From the NCBI GenBank assembly GCA_031412575.1, contig JANODG010000088.1, forward strand, positions 1 to 50,864: a stretch of DNA of 50,864 nucleotides, in the 5' to 3' direction. Below are positions 1 to 9,492 of this stretch, piece by piece (position 1 is the first letter of the stretch; each line of letters opens with the position of its first letter). Both the position numbers and the translations under genes were made by a program. The notes under the pieces were generated by a model. The model did no database searches. It was not told where the DNA came from and saw only the letters and a list, made by a program, of their open reading frames with translations. The stretch comes from Bdellovibrionales bacterium (GTDB taxonomy: Bacteria > Bdellovibrionota > Bdellovibrionia > Bdellovibrionales > UBA1609).

Positions 1-180
1 GGGAAAACATCCGGGCAACCACGAGGAGCTTGCATTTTACTCATAAATCTTCGACCTCAAATTAAATTACTGTTAGCTTCTATCAATACCAGTCCGCAAA
101 TTAAACAGCTTTATTCGTTCTAACACAAAACAAATTAGTCTAAGATTGACAAGTCTGGCAAGTTTTCATTCAATTTTAGA

Positions 181-753
181 ATGATCAAATTCAAAAATGT
201 GAAAGGAAATTTCAAAACCATTCTGATTTTAAAAATGTTTAGCCTTATGCTATTCTTCATGATGACGCAGACGTGGAATTTCGCCCATGCAGAAAAGTGC
301 GTAAATAAACCCGGTGGAAATTTAAAAGATTTAAAAGGTAAAAGGTGTCCAGAGATGAAACCCCTAGAGCTAGTTAAGATCACAATAAAAGAAGTGAAAT
401 CTTGGAACTCATCTTACCAGCACAACAGCAAATTGCCAGAGCCTCAAAATTTATGGCAAGCTGACGCCAAAGACAAAATGTTTAAAAACCTTGCCGTTGA
501 AGTGATTAAATCTTCAAAAATAAATCAAGAGCATTTCATCTCGGATTATTTTGAAAATCGCCCACAGATCAAGCGTACAAAAGAGGACGAACAACCTAAA
601 CCTTTAGGCGCTATTCCTGCCCACGAGCTTATAAAGCTTGAATTTAGTAACGGACAATCTTTGGTTGTCGGCGAATATCCAGCTTACACATTAAGTGCCC
701 CATACGATCAGCTTTATAAATACGTAAAAACTTTAACACCAACACTTTATTAA
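181..753 (+). CDS. hypothetical secreted protein
   Basis: 190-aa ORF with a hydrophobic N-terminal segment ending ...NFAHA/EK (signal-peptide-like). No family recognised. The true start may be the internal Met at 235. Confidence 0.45.
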   Translation: MIKFKNVKGNFKTILILKMFSLMLFFMMTQTWNFAHAEKCVNKPGGNLKDLKGKRCPEMKPLELVKITIKEVKSWNSSYQHNSKLPEPQNLWQADAKDKMFKNLAVEVIKSSKINQEHFISDYFENRPQIKRTKEDEQPKPLGAIPAHELIKLEFSNGQSLVVGEYPAYTLSAPYDQLYKYVKTLTPTLY

Positions 754-785
754 CAAATCTAAAAACTAATATCCTCGGAGAAATT

Positions 786-1574
786 ATGGCCAAGAAAAAA
801 TCAAAAGAAAAAAAAGCAGCAAAAAAAGTTGTTAAAAAAGCAGCCTCAAAAGCTAAAAGCAAATCTAAAAAAGTAACTAAAAAAGTAACAAAAAAAGTAA
901 CAAAAAAAGTTGCGACAAAGAAAAAATCAGCACCTAAAAAAGTTGCAAAGAAAGTCGCGAAGAGTGCAATGAAGAATGTAGTGAAGAAAGTCGACAAAAA
1001 AGCCAGCCCAAAAAAAGCAGCAAACAAAGCTGCGATGGCACACAAGTCCGTAAGCTCAGTCAAGCCAGCTCAAACGAATTCGACGCCTGCCAAAGCAACG
1101 ACAGCTCATAAATCTTTAAGTGCAGGATTAAAAATCGGTCAAGTTGTTCCTGAATTTCACGCAAAATCAACTTCTGGTGATTTTAAATTATCAAATTTTA
1201 AAGGTAAAAATGTGGTTCTTTATTTCTATCCTAAAGACAATACACCAGGTTGCACTCTTGAAGGTCATGATTTCTCGGAAGCTTTACCTAAATTTAATTC
1301 TAAAAACACAGTTGTATTTGGGATATCTAAAGATTCTGTAAAAACGCACGAAGGCTTTATCAGTAAACAAAACTACAAACACCAATTGATCAGTGATGAA
1401 AACGAAAGTGTGTGCCAGTTGTTTGGTGTAATCCAAGAAAAAAGCATGTACGGCAGAACATACTTAGGCATAGACCGCAGCACGTTTTTAATTGATGCTC
1501 ATGGAGTGCTAAAAGCAGAGTGGAGAAGTGTGAAAGTAAACGGTCACGTTGCTGAAGTGTTAGCAAAAATTTAG
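786..1574 (+). CDS. bcp: Bcp-type peroxiredoxin (thiol peroxidase) with a ~95-aa Lys/Ala-rich histone-H1-like N-terminal extension
   Basis: GGAGA RBS 5 nt upstream. The C-terminal ~150 aa carry the peroxiredoxin motif FYPKDNTPGCTLE (peroxidatic Cys). The N-terminus is KKAAKK/KKVTKK low-complexity sequence. Confidence 0.85.
   Translation: MAKKKSKEKKAAKKVVKKAASKAKSKSKKVTKKVTKKVTKKVATKKKSAPKKVAKKVAKSAMKNVVKKVDKKASPKKAANKAAMAHKSVSSVKPAQTNSTPAKATTAHKSLSAGLKIGQVVPEFHAKSTSGDFKLSNFKGKNVVLYFYPKDNTPGCTLEGHDFSEALPKFNSKNTVVFGISKDSVKTHEGFISKQNYKHQLISDENESVCQLFGVIQEKSMYGRTYLGIDRSTFLIDAHGVLKAEWRSVKVNGHVAEVLAKI
867..914 (+). repeat. 12-bp in-frame tandem repeat (AAAAAAGTAACW x3 plus one degenerate unit) encoding KKVT-KKVT-KKVT-KKVA
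   Basis: Direct reading of 867-914 inside the bcp N-terminal extension. Confidence 0.9.
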
Positions 1575-1607
1575 ATTTTAAAGAAACCACTTGATGGCTA
1601 GGTCCAC

Positions 1608-2249
1608 ATGATTTTTGATACAGAAGGTATAAAAGAAATTTTTGATATTTCACCTTTAATACATAAAGACATCGCTGTCTTTCCGGGTGATACGCCTTTT
1701 GAAAGACAGGTTTTAATGTCCCAGTCGAATGGAAATCATTTGGATCTATCCACAATTAAAACCACTTTGCACCTTGGGGCCCATGCGGATGCATTAAATC
1801 ACTACGGGCCCAATCAACCGGGAATCGAACAAAAGGATTTGCGGGTTTATTTGGGCGGCGCGCAGGTGATAGAAGTAAAAACGTCCTTCGGGCAAAGAAT
1901 TTCGCTTTTTGACTTTGACATAAAAGACGTTCACCGAAGTCGGGTTTTGTTTAAAACGAACTCTTTCCACCCTGATCAATGGCGTGATGACTTTGTAAGT
2001 TTATCCCCAGAAGTTATTCATGCTCTTGCAGACTTAGGCGTAATCTTAGTTGGTATTGATACACCTTCAATTGATCCTTCAACTAACAAAGGTTTAGAGT
2101 CTCATAAGGCAATCCTAGATCGTGAAGTCTCTGTGCTAGAAGGCTTAGTGTTAGATGATGTTTCAGCAGGCGATTATCAACTGATTGCACTGCCCTTAAA
2201 AATTAAAGATGCAGATGCATCTCCGGTCAGAGCTATCTTATTTAGATGA
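1608..2249 (+). CDS. kynB: kynurenine formamidase / cyclase-family protein
   Basis: 213 aa with the cyclase-family metal motif HLGAHADALNH (HxGxHxDxxxH). Tryptophan 2,3-dioxygenase is encoded 3.4 kb away. Confidence 0.7.
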   Translation: MIFDTEGIKEIFDISPLIHKDIAVFPGDTPFERQVLMSQSNGNHLDLSTIKTTLHLGAHADALNHYGPNQPGIEQKDLRVYLGGAQVIEVKTSFGQRISLFDFDIKDVHRSRVLFKTNSFHPDQWRDDFVSLSPEVIHALADLGVILVGIDTPSIDPSTNKGLESHKAILDREVSVLEGLVLDDVSAGDYQLIALPLKIKDADASPVRAILFR

Positions 2250-2272
2250 TGTTTTTTAAAGTAAGTTCAAAA

Positions 2273-4216
2273 TTAAAAATAATAATTAAGGTTTACCCCT
2301 AAACTTGTGGACTCAAGGTCTTTGGACTTTAGATAATCTGCATCCAATGAAATTGAAGAGCTTAAACTTTCAAAATAGTTTTGAAATCGCACTGAAGTTT
2401 GAATGATATTTTCAAAAGCGTTTGAAAAGTCAGTCACAAAAAGTGGTTTGGTTTCAAAAACTAAATTTGTATCTTGCCTCATATTATATTTAAATCCAAA
2501 AAGTGGTGCTACACCATAACGAGCCTTATTTTTAAATCGTCCATTCACCTCAAGGGTGTTAGAAACAAAAAAGTATAATAGCCATGAATCATCTTTAAAA
2601 AGGGATTTAGAAACACCACTGTCGAAGTTAATAAAACCGACCGTCTTGGTCCAATCTTTCAGATACTGTTCGGAATCTAATCCCATTTTAAATCGCCAAC
2701 TAAATTTAGACTCTAATTTATTAATAGGGGTAAATGACTCTACAGAAAGTATGTGCAAATAATTTAAAATTATTTCGTTATCTTTCGAAGAGTCCGTTAA
2801 GGATTGCCTTTCATTTAATAATATAGAAGTGTCTAAATAGTTCAGACCCAAATGCGGATTAAATCCTCGGTTTGAATCCAAAATGTCGTGAAATCCTAAC
2901 TTGTATTTTAAATTCAAACCGCCTTGTTTATAAACGTCGTTAAAATTCTGGGTCTTATATCCAAGACCAAATCGACGGGGTGGGTGAGATAAGTGCGGCG
3001 CATTTTTTAAATCCAAAGGCTTTACGGGATCAGGCGTAGACTTGGTCTGGCTTAATGCCAAAAGTAGGGGTTGTTTTTTTTTAAGTAGTGCGTCTTCATT
3101 GGCCACGTAATCATCAGCGTTTGTGTAGTCAAAATAAAGAAGTAAGGTTTTTAAAAAGTGAGGGTCAAAAGTTTTATCTTTCCAATTAATTCCTTTTTCT
3201 ACATTAAGGTCTTTTGTTAAAGACGTTAATGTTTTAATTTCGGAAGTATTAAGTAAATTAAATCTATCTAAAAGCTGTTGTCTTAAAGAGGGACGATATC
3301 TGATATTTTTTACCAAATCTTTCGATTTTAGCAAACTTTTAACTGTCTCTATGGGAACAACAAACGTACTACTAAAGTAATCGGCTAAATTAAGATCAGG
3401 TTTAATTGCTTCTAATACACGGATCGCCCAGTAGGAACAATTTTTATCTAAAAAGTAATACTTCGACCATGCAGACCCAAGCTCCCAGATGTGAAGGTTT
3501 AGGAATAGCATTTCTGCAGCGCTTAGGTTTAATTGATATTCCCATAAATCTCTGGACTCGTAGTCATTGTATTCTCGGACTTTGTAGTAAAACGGTGTAG
3601 CAGTAAATTCGCCAGGAAAAAATCCTAAAAGACCCTTTAAAGCGTAAAAGAATGCGTTTTTAGTGTCGACTGTGGCGGCGTAGTTAATGCCGTAATTTAA
3701 AAGATCTAAATCGTTAGATTCATCTTTATTTATTTTTAAGAATGTATGCCCAAAGGCTGATGAAGGATTATTAACAAAGTAACTTGAAAAAACCATGGAA
3801 GCCGATTGTCCTTGGAGTCGGTTCATAAATTCATTCATCTTTAAACATTTCGAAAAAATATTCATAGGAAATAGTTTAAGTTTTTGATTGATCCAAAAAA
3901 ATCGAGCAGGGAATCTACAAATGGGATGTTCATCATTAATTTGGGAGTCATCAGATTTGGTTTTTAAAATTTCAATAAAGCTTTGCAGTTCGATTAGGGG
4001 ATCTTTCAGACCTTGCTTCTTTAAAAAAAACTTTTGACTAAAAACTTCACTTTTATATTTATTCAAGCCTTTTTTTTCATAATAAAGAAGTCGAAGCCAT
4101 TCTTTCGAAAAAGCCAATTGATGATCATCATCTTTAGATTGTGCTAAGGCATTTGAAATTAACGATAGGTTAACAACGAAAAAAAATTTAATAAAAACTA
4201 AAAAAAAAAGTCTCAC
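2273..4216 (-). CDS. DUF4105-like (Lnb N-terminal domain) secreted protein with a probable beta-rich C-terminal half
   Basis: 647 aa with a GTG start and signal peptide ...SNALA/QS. The SSAFGHTFLKI motif is typical of DUF4105. The C-terminus ends in ...LNYYF, as in outer-membrane barrels. Confidence 0.5.
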   Translation of the reverse strand: MRLFFLVFIKFFFVVNLSLISNALAQSKDDDHQLAFSKEWLRLLYYEKKGLNKYKSEVFSQKFFLKKQGLKDPLIELQSFIEILKTKSDDSQINDEHPICRFPARFFWINQKLKLFPMNIFSKCLKMNEFMNRLQGQSASMVFSSYFVNNPSSAFGHTFLKINKDESNDLDLLNYGINYAATVDTKNAFFYALKGLLGFFPGEFTATPFYYKVREYNDYESRDLWEYQLNLSAAEMLFLNLHIWELGSAWSKYYFLDKNCSYWAIRVLEAIKPDLNLADYFSSTFVVPIETVKSLLKSKDLVKNIRYRPSLRQQLLDRFNLLNTSEIKTLTSLTKDLNVEKGINWKDKTFDPHFLKTLLLYFDYTNADDYVANEDALLKKKQPLLLALSQTKSTPDPVKPLDLKNAPHLSHPPRRFGLGYKTQNFNDVYKQGGLNLKYKLGFHDILDSNRGFNPHLGLNYLDTSILLNERQSLTDSSKDNEIILNYLHILSVESFTPINKLESKFSWRFKMGLDSEQYLKDWTKTVGFINFDSGVSKSLFKDDSWLLYFFVSNTLEVNGRFKNKARYGVAPLFGFKYNMRQDTNLVFETKPLFVTDFSNAFENIIQTSVRFQNYFESLSSSISLDADYLKSKDLESTSLGVNLNYYF

Positions 4217-4240
4217 AGGATTGAATGTAGTCTGTGAGAC
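4201..4240 (-). terminator. intrinsic terminator (9-bp stem GTCTCACAG/CTGTGAGAC, 13-nt loop, then T9 on the minus strand)
   Basis: Inverted repeat at 4210-4218 and 4232-4240, with an A9 run at 4201-4209 on the plus strand. It lies downstream of the 4299-4778 gene and overlaps the GTG start of the next gene. Confidence 0.55.
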
Positions 4241-4298
4241 TGGTTTTGCAAATGTTTATTTGGCTGATTATTTTAACTGGTTTTTTAAATTGAATAGT

Positions 4299-4778
4299 TT
4301 AACCTAAATCGGCCTGGCACATTTTTGAACTTTGGAGAACAGCATCCATATTTTTTACGATCTGTTCTGTGCTTAACTCGCGGCTTGAAACAACATTGCT
4401 GTAGTTTGATTTCATAAGGTCGGCAAACTCCGTGGCACTCTTGCAATTATAAATGTGAGCTAATACAGAAACAGTTTCCCCTTGCCCTAAAGCAAGCTCG
4501 TTGACTACAGCATTTTTGTTAGCCGCGATGAAAACTTTAGCGCGATCTGATTTTAACGCCAATTTGTTTGCGTCACAGTTTAATGAACCAAAAGTGATTC
4601 CAAAAGTTTGGTTAAAAAACAAAGCGTTTGTTGTTGCGGCCATACCTTGCTCAAACCACTGATTTTTGCCTTCAAAAATAATCGAGCCTATTCCACATCC
4701 TGCGGCACCGTAGCCTGCGGCAAAAGTTTTTATTCCAAAGCATAACATGAGTGTTAAAGCTGCTATTATTTTCATTGC
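4299..4778 (-). CDS. DUF3015-like small secreted protein
   Basis: Start moved to MKIIAALTL..., which has an AGGAGA RBS 7 nt upstream. Signal peptide present. The AAGYGAAGCGIGS motif resembles DUF3015 proteins. Confidence 0.55.
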   Translation of the reverse strand, partial: AMKIIAALTLMLCFGIKTFAAGYGAAGCGIGSIIFEGKNQWFEQGMAATTNALFFNQTFGITFGSLNCDANKLALKSDRAKVFIAANKNAVVNELALGQGETVSVLAHIYNCKSATEFADLMKSNYSNVVSSRELSTEQIVKNMDAVLQSSKMCQADLG

Positions 4779-4858
4779 TGTTTCTCCTGGTTGGTTGATC
4801 GTACAAATATGTCTTATAATGAGGATCAAGTGTTATGACGTAGAGTCAACCTTGAAGC

Positions 4859-5557
4859 CTAATAAAAATTTAAAAGTGAATCTTGAACGTCAAAAGAAAG
4901 TTGAGTTTCCGAAGGGTTAGTTCCGACAGGTTTTGCATTGACCTTGTAAACTGAAATCACCTCTGGAAGTTTTTTATCTGAATTGTCCCTGCAAAGACCT
5001 CTAATAATAGTTGTGCAAGTCCCAGAATATAAATCAACAACTGGCGAATTTGTATATTCAATAAATTGACTTACCGTCACGCAGCCATCGTGAGTTTTAT
5101 TGGCACAGGTCTGGCCTTTAAGCTCTGGAATATAAACGACATCACCTATTTGTAAGGTTTTACGAGAACCAAACCTATCTTCGTCTCGAAAAAATTTTCC
5201 AATAGCAATAGACTCGCAAGAGTCTAAGCAAACTGGTTTACCATTAAATTGTTGAAACTTTAGGAAACCATTTTTGACTTCCGTTGCAAAGCCGTTTGGA
5301 CAATCTGATTGCTTTTGAATTGAAGAAAAGCGTTCTCTGGAACCAAAGAATAAAGTTTTATCCACGGAACCTGTCTCGATACAGTTGCTAAAAACGTTTA
5401 AGGTTTCGTCACTGCAGAAGTCTCGAACAGGCGTATAAAATTTTGTAGGATTCGAAACCTTGCCCAAGAGCTGACTTTTTGAGAGCTCGTTAGGACAACT
5501 TGCTTGAGCGAAGTTTACTAAAAAGAAACACGAAAAAAAAAGAGCAGAACATTTCAC
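4859..5557 (-). CDS. cysteine-rich secreted hypothetical protein (possible 3D/DPBB-like fold)
   Basis: 232 aa, GTG start, signal peptide ...NFAQA/SC and about 14 Cys. The GDVVYIPELKG...HDGC...VVDLY segment is weakly 3D-domain-like. Confidence 0.45.
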   Translation of the reverse strand: MKCSALFFSCFFLVNFAQASCPNELSKSQLLGKVSNPTKFYTPVRDFCSDETLNVFSNCIETGSVDKTLFFGSRERFSSIQKQSDCPNGFATEVKNGFLKFQQFNGKPVCLDSCESIAIGKFFRDEDRFGSRKTLQIGDVVYIPELKGQTCANKTHDGCVTVSQFIEYTNSPVVDLYSGTCTTIIRGLCRDNSDKKLPEVISVYKVNAKPVGTNPSETQLSFDVQDSLLNFY

Positions 5558-5667
5558 ACTTTTATTTTAACCTTAAATCGAATATAAAAGGTATCTTGTT
5601 TTTGGCTAATTTTAAAAAAACAGTTTCGATAGCTAGACCATAGTACTAAGGTGCTGCGTGATCCGCT

Positions 5668-6723
5668 TTAAATAAGATTTTCCGGCGGTTTTGGCAGATG
5701 ACTTTCGGAAATAAAAAACGTCGAAAGTTTAAAAAAGTCAGAAAAAACTTTATGTTTTTCTGCCGCACTTTTTAAGTATTCCGAACCCGAAGAGCCTCCA
5801 GTTCCTACCTTTTGCCCGATCATACGACTAACCATCTGCGCATGTCGGTAGCGCCAAATGGTCCATTTTTCGTCAATGTCCATAAGGTTCATGATCAGCT
5901 CAAAAGCTGGGTAAAGCTTAGGGCTTGACCTGTAAACCTGAATAAATAGTGCCGCCATTAAAGCTTTATATGAAAGTTTCCAAACATTTTCCTGCTTGTA
6001 AGCGTTGTAAGTGTTTTCATCGGTGATCATTTTAAAGTTTAAACGTTCTTGTTCTAGTTTTTTAAGCGAGCTTTCCAAATTTGTTGGATTTAGTACATGC
6101 TTTTTTATCGATGCAATTTCTTGATCAAACATGTGGTCGACAGCCAATTTATATTCAAGCCAAAATTCATATTTATCCGCTTGTAAGTAGGGAGTTCGCT
6201 CTAACCAACGTTCAACACATGAAAACAAGTTCGGAGATTTTTCTGAGGTTAAAACTTTTTCGGTGTCCGTTTGATCCAAGAATTGATGATAAGGGCAGCC
6301 GCCCATAATGGCGCGCTCTTTAGGCATAAGACCCATTTTATTTTCCATCAAGCGAAACTGAGCGCTTTGAAAACCTGAAGCTGAAAATAAGTAATTTCGG
6401 AATTCTAAAAAACCTAGGGGTGTCATCGTTTCTAAAACATCAATTTGCGAAATTAATAGCCTTTGGATTTCGATCACTCTTTTTAGTCTGTGGTTGATGG
6501 TTTGGATTTCAGAATCAGAAACGAAATCTTTATTAAATAAATTAATGATGGAATCGATTTCCCACAAGATCTGTTTAAACCAAAGTTCATAGGCTTGATG
6601 AACAATGATAAAAAGCATTTCGTCGTGTGCCGTTTTGTTTATTTTAGTGCTTACTAAATCCTGTAAATTTGTAAGTTCATTCACTTTTAAATAATTGGTG
6701 TAATTCAAGCTTTCGTTATTCAT
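5668..6723 (-). CDS. kynA: tryptophan 2,3-dioxygenase
   Basis: 351 aa. The N-terminal YTNYLKVNELTNLQ...HDEMLFIIVHQAYELWFKQ is the canonical TDO signature. AAGGAAA RBS upstream. Confidence 0.9.
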   Translation of the reverse strand: MNNESLNYTNYLKVNELTNLQDLVSTKINKTAHDEMLFIIVHQAYELWFKQILWEIDSIINLFNKDFVSDSEIQTINHRLKRVIEIQRLLISQIDVLETMTPLGFLEFRNYLFSASGFQSAQFRLMENKMGLMPKERAIMGGCPYHQFLDQTDTEKVLTSEKSPNLFSCVERWLERTPYLQADKYEFWLEYKLAVDHMFDQEIASIKKHVLNPTNLESSLKKLEQERLNFKMITDENTYNAYKQENVWKLSYKALMAALFIQVYRSSPKLYPAFELIMNLMDIDEKWTIWRYRHAQMVSRMIGQKVGTGGSSGSEYLKSAAEKHKVFSDFFKLSTFFISESHLPKPPENLI

Positions 6724-6943
6724 AGTTTTCCTTTTTAATAAAAGGCAATTTTAATAGCGCCAGTGTCTTCGTACAAGCTGAGGTAAGGCTTGGTCAAAGC
6801 AGCGCATATTTAATGCACTGTTCAAGCTCTTGGTTTTGAATAAAAAGCCAAGAGGTTTAAACTTCCAAATATATTGGACAATGTCCTGAGCTGAGCTATA
6901 TTAGTGCCTCGATAACACATAACACTACGATGCTGGGAATCTT

Positions 6944-7399
6944 ATGAAAACACTTTGGACCTCGTTAAAACTGACTATATTTTTAATTACTTTTGTAGCC
7001 CTCGGGGCCGTTTTGGTCATCTATTACCCATGGATTTTCGGAAAAACCGTTCAAGGTGAAATTATTGAAGTCGAGCGTGTGACTATGCCAAGTGCCGTGA
7101 TCGGCCAAGTCACTAAATTTCAAATGCATTCTTATGCTGTGTTGATTCAGGATCAGTCCGGCGAAATGTACACATCAAGCTCTGAAGACCGTAGGTGGGA
7201 AGTGGCTAAAAAAGGCATGTGTGTGATTTCTTTGTTTTACCGTCACCCACCATGGAGATTATCTTCCGCAGGAGCCTTCTATAATGCTCGTGTGCAAAGA
7301 ATTTTTAGATGCCAAGGTATAGACTATTCAAAGACTGGCGAGCAACCGGTGGAAGAGTCCTCAGAGCCAAAAGTGGATTCACTAAATCCAGAAATGTAA
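6944..7399 (+). CDS. hypothetical membrane-anchored protein
   Basis: 151 aa with one N-terminal TM helix (LTIFLITFVALGAVLVIYYPWIF). No family recognised. Confidence 0.45.
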   Translation: MKTLWTSLKLTIFLITFVALGAVLVIYYPWIFGKTVQGEIIEVERVTMPSAVIGQVTKFQMHSYAVLIQDQSGEMYTSSSEDRRWEVAKKGMCVISLFYRHPPWRLSSAGAFYNARVQRIFRCQGIDYSKTGEQPVEESSEPKVDSLNPEM

Positions 7400-7423
7400 A
7401 AAAAAGGTAACAGTTCCCTTTTT

Positions 7424-8530
7424 TTATGTTCGGGAATCGTTCGTGGGTTCCGCTTTAAATTTGTGTTTAGAAAGTTGACTGGCTTTATTGATCAGTAAAT
7501 CTAAGTCCTCATGAGTTGAATCAAAGCTTGTCATAAGGCGAACGACAGAACGCTTTTCTTCCCAAACATAAAAGAATATTTCCTGTCTAAGTTCTTTAAT
7601 CCAGGTTTTTGGAATTTCACAAAATACTGCGTTCGACTGAACAGGCAAAAGCACTTTGATTTCAGGAATAGCTTTAATGCGCGCCTCTAAGACTTTAGCT
7701 AAATGGGATGAGTGACCTGCGATCTGCTTCCACAGGTCATTTTTAAAATACGTAATAAACTGTTGGGACAAGAATCTTGTTTTGGACGGGAGTTGCATGG
7801 ACTGCTTCCGTTCAAACTTAAAATTTTGCGAAGATGGATATTTGACGAGACCTTCATTTTGGTTTTTTATCAAAACCATTTCACAACCCATAAGTCCGTT
7901 TTTAGTTCCACCAAAACTTAACGCGTCAGCATATTGAGCCATGGTTTTGAAGTCTGTATTTAAATGAACAACAGCATTTGCAAAGCGAGCGCCGTCAATA
8001 TGTAAATAAAGATGATGCTTTCGACAGATCTTATGAATCTCTTCCAATTCACTTAAGCTGTACACAGTTCCAAGTTCAGTGGGTTGTGTAATGGACACCA
8101 CTTTAGGTTGACTGTAATGCTGATCGCCACCACGAATTAATTTATTTTCAATATCTTCAGGCTTAATTTTTCCGTCACGAGTCTTGATCAAATCTAATTT
8201 GCAGCCGATAAGTTTTTCGGGCGCCCCACACTCATCTAAATTCAAATGACTTTCTTCGGCGCAGATGACCGAGTTCCATGGTTTAACCAAATGTTGTAGA
8301 GATAACACATTCGCGGCAGTGCCATTAAAAACTAAATAAGATTCGAACTGCTCACCAAAAATGTGCTTTACGATCTTTTTTAATTCTAAACTTATGTCAT
8401 CGCCTTCATAGCTATGAACATGATTGGAATTAATAGCAATAAGCGAATTCAAAATTTCGGGGTGTACGCCACTGTGGTTATCACTGGCAAGACTTCTTAA
8501 GGGAGCATTTTGTTTTGTTTGTTCGTTCAT
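7424..8530 (-). CDS. threonine aldolase / beta-eliminating lyase family PLP enzyme
   Basis: 368 aa with HIDGARFANA and SFGGTKNG (PLP-lysine region), typical of low-specificity threonine aldolases. It is the last gene of a tightly spaced three-gene minus-strand operon. Confidence 0.7.
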   Translation of the reverse strand: MNEQTKQNAPLRSLASDNHSGVHPEILNSLIAINSNHVHSYEGDDISLELKKIVKHIFGEQFESYLVFNGTAANVLSLQHLVKPWNSVICAEESHLNLDECGAPEKLIGCKLDLIKTRDGKIKPEDIENKLIRGGDQHYSQPKVVSITQPTELGTVYSLSELEEIHKICRKHHLYLHIDGARFANAVVHLNTDFKTMAQYADALSFGGTKNGLMGCEMVLIKNQNEGLVKYPSSQNFKFERKQSMQLPSKTRFLSQQFITYFKNDLWKQIAGHSSHLAKVLEARIKAIPEIKVLLPVQSNAVFCEIPKTWIKELRQEIFFYVWEEKRSVVRLMTSFDSTHEDLDLLINKASQLSKHKFKAEPTNDSRT

Positions 8531-8532
8531 GT

Positions 8533-9489
8533 TTAGATGGCCTTTAAGTTTTTATTCTGTTCTTTTGTGTTAATAAATCTGTAAGCAATTAAAGCGGCAA
8601 GTTTAGAAGTAACGTCATCAAAGTCAAGTGTTGGTGATACTTCATAAATGCCTAAACTGCGAATGTAATAATTTTCAATAAAATAATTCATCATTAAAAA
8701 AAAGAACTCAGGATTTAATCCCGTTGCAAAAGACTGACTGCAGCCCGGGGCATAGGCATTCGAAAAGGCATCAATGTCGACACTTAGAAAACAAGTGGTG
8801 TCTTCGATATTAAAAGATTTCACTAAAGTTTCAAACTTTGCAAAATCAAATTGTCCTAAAGTTAAAAGGTCGTTTAAAAAAATAACATGTCCACCTTTAG
8901 ACTTGATGTACTCATAATGGGCTTTTGTATTGCACTGTTCTTGAATTCCTATTTCTATAAAATCAAAAACGTCTTCTTCTAGAAGTCTATAAAATGGCGT
9001 CCCGCTTGTAATTCCAAAGTCTAAATTTCTGACATCAAAGTGGGCATCAAAATTTACAATTAAAGGTTTTTTTGTGCTGTCAGAGCAAAAAGTTAAAAAT
9101 GATTTTCCGTCCACGTATCCGTAATCGTGTCCACCGCCGAAGCTGATTAAGGTTTTTCCTTGGTCTAAAATACGTTCTATAAAAGTTGTTGCAGTTTTAT
9201 GTCTTGAGGCTAAATCTTTTTCAATTTTTAGATTTCCGTAATCGTAAAGTTTTGGATTTTGAAAATCATGAAACAGTGAAGGTCGCATTTTGTAAAAAAA
9301 TTTTCGAATACTATTCGGCGCAAGACTTGCACCCACTCTTCCACCGTTGTTTTTAATGCCCTCATCATCAGGATGACCTATGACCACATATTGACTGTCG
9401 TCGATATCGTCGGTTAGCCAATCAAACACCCTTGGATCTTTTTTCGGATCAGTGCCGACGATTTTTTGTAAATCTACTTTTTCAAACAT
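8533..9489 (-). CDS. arginase-family ureohydrolase (formimidoylglutamase/agmatinase-like)
   Basis: 318 aa with arginase-fold Mn motifs GGGHD, NFDAHFD and SVDIDAF. A 2-nt gap separates it from the next gene. Confidence 0.75.
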   Translation of the reverse strand: MFEKVDLQKIVGTDPKKDPRVFDWLTDDIDDSQYVVIGHPDDEGIKNNGGRVGASLAPNSIRKFFYKMRPSLFHDFQNPKLYDYGNLKIEKDLASRHKTATTFIERILDQGKTLISFGGGHDYGYVDGKSFLTFCSDSTKKPLIVNFDAHFDVRNLDFGITSGTPFYRLLEEDVFDFIEIGIQEQCNTKAHYEYIKSKGGHVIFLNDLLTLGQFDFAKFETLVKSFNIEDTTCFLSVDIDAFSNAYAPGCSQSFATGLNPEFFFLMMNYFIENYYIRSLGIYEVSPTLDFDDVTSKLAALIAYRFINTKEQNKNLKAI

Positions 9490-9492
9490 AAT

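Noticed and set aside
1-123. Open frame running from the window edge to a TAA at 121-123 (...GKTSGQPRGACILLINLRPQIKLLLASINTSPQIKQLYSF*). It may be the 3' end of a truncated gene.
   Set aside because: Only 40 codons are visible with no recognisable motif, so I cannot tell it from chance.
146-180. TTGACA at 146-151 followed 17 nt later by TTCAAT, a sigma70-like promoter upstream of the first ORF.
   Set aside because: The -10 box is weak, and it would place the transcription start essentially on the ATG. In AT-rich DNA such matches are expected by chance.
644-1063. 139-aa minus-strand ORF antisense to the bcp Lys-rich region.
   Set aside because: It is the Phe/Leu-rich mirror image of poly-AAA/AAG codons, an antisense artefact of low-complexity sequence.
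3074-3082. T9 homopolymer inside the DUF4105-like gene, and other A/T runs, considered as phase-variation switches.
   Set aside because: A/T runs of 8-9 nt are frequent throughout this AT-rich window (they encode Lys or Phe). Nothing shows a frameshifted alternative ORF.
5668-6723. kynA and kynB considered as evidence of a complete kynurenine/NAD or anthranilate pathway cluster.
   Set aside because: No kynureninase or kynurenine monooxygenase is visible. The nearby PLP enzyme at 7424-8530 has threonine-aldolase motifs, not kynureninase motifs. The two genes are not adjacent or co-oriented.
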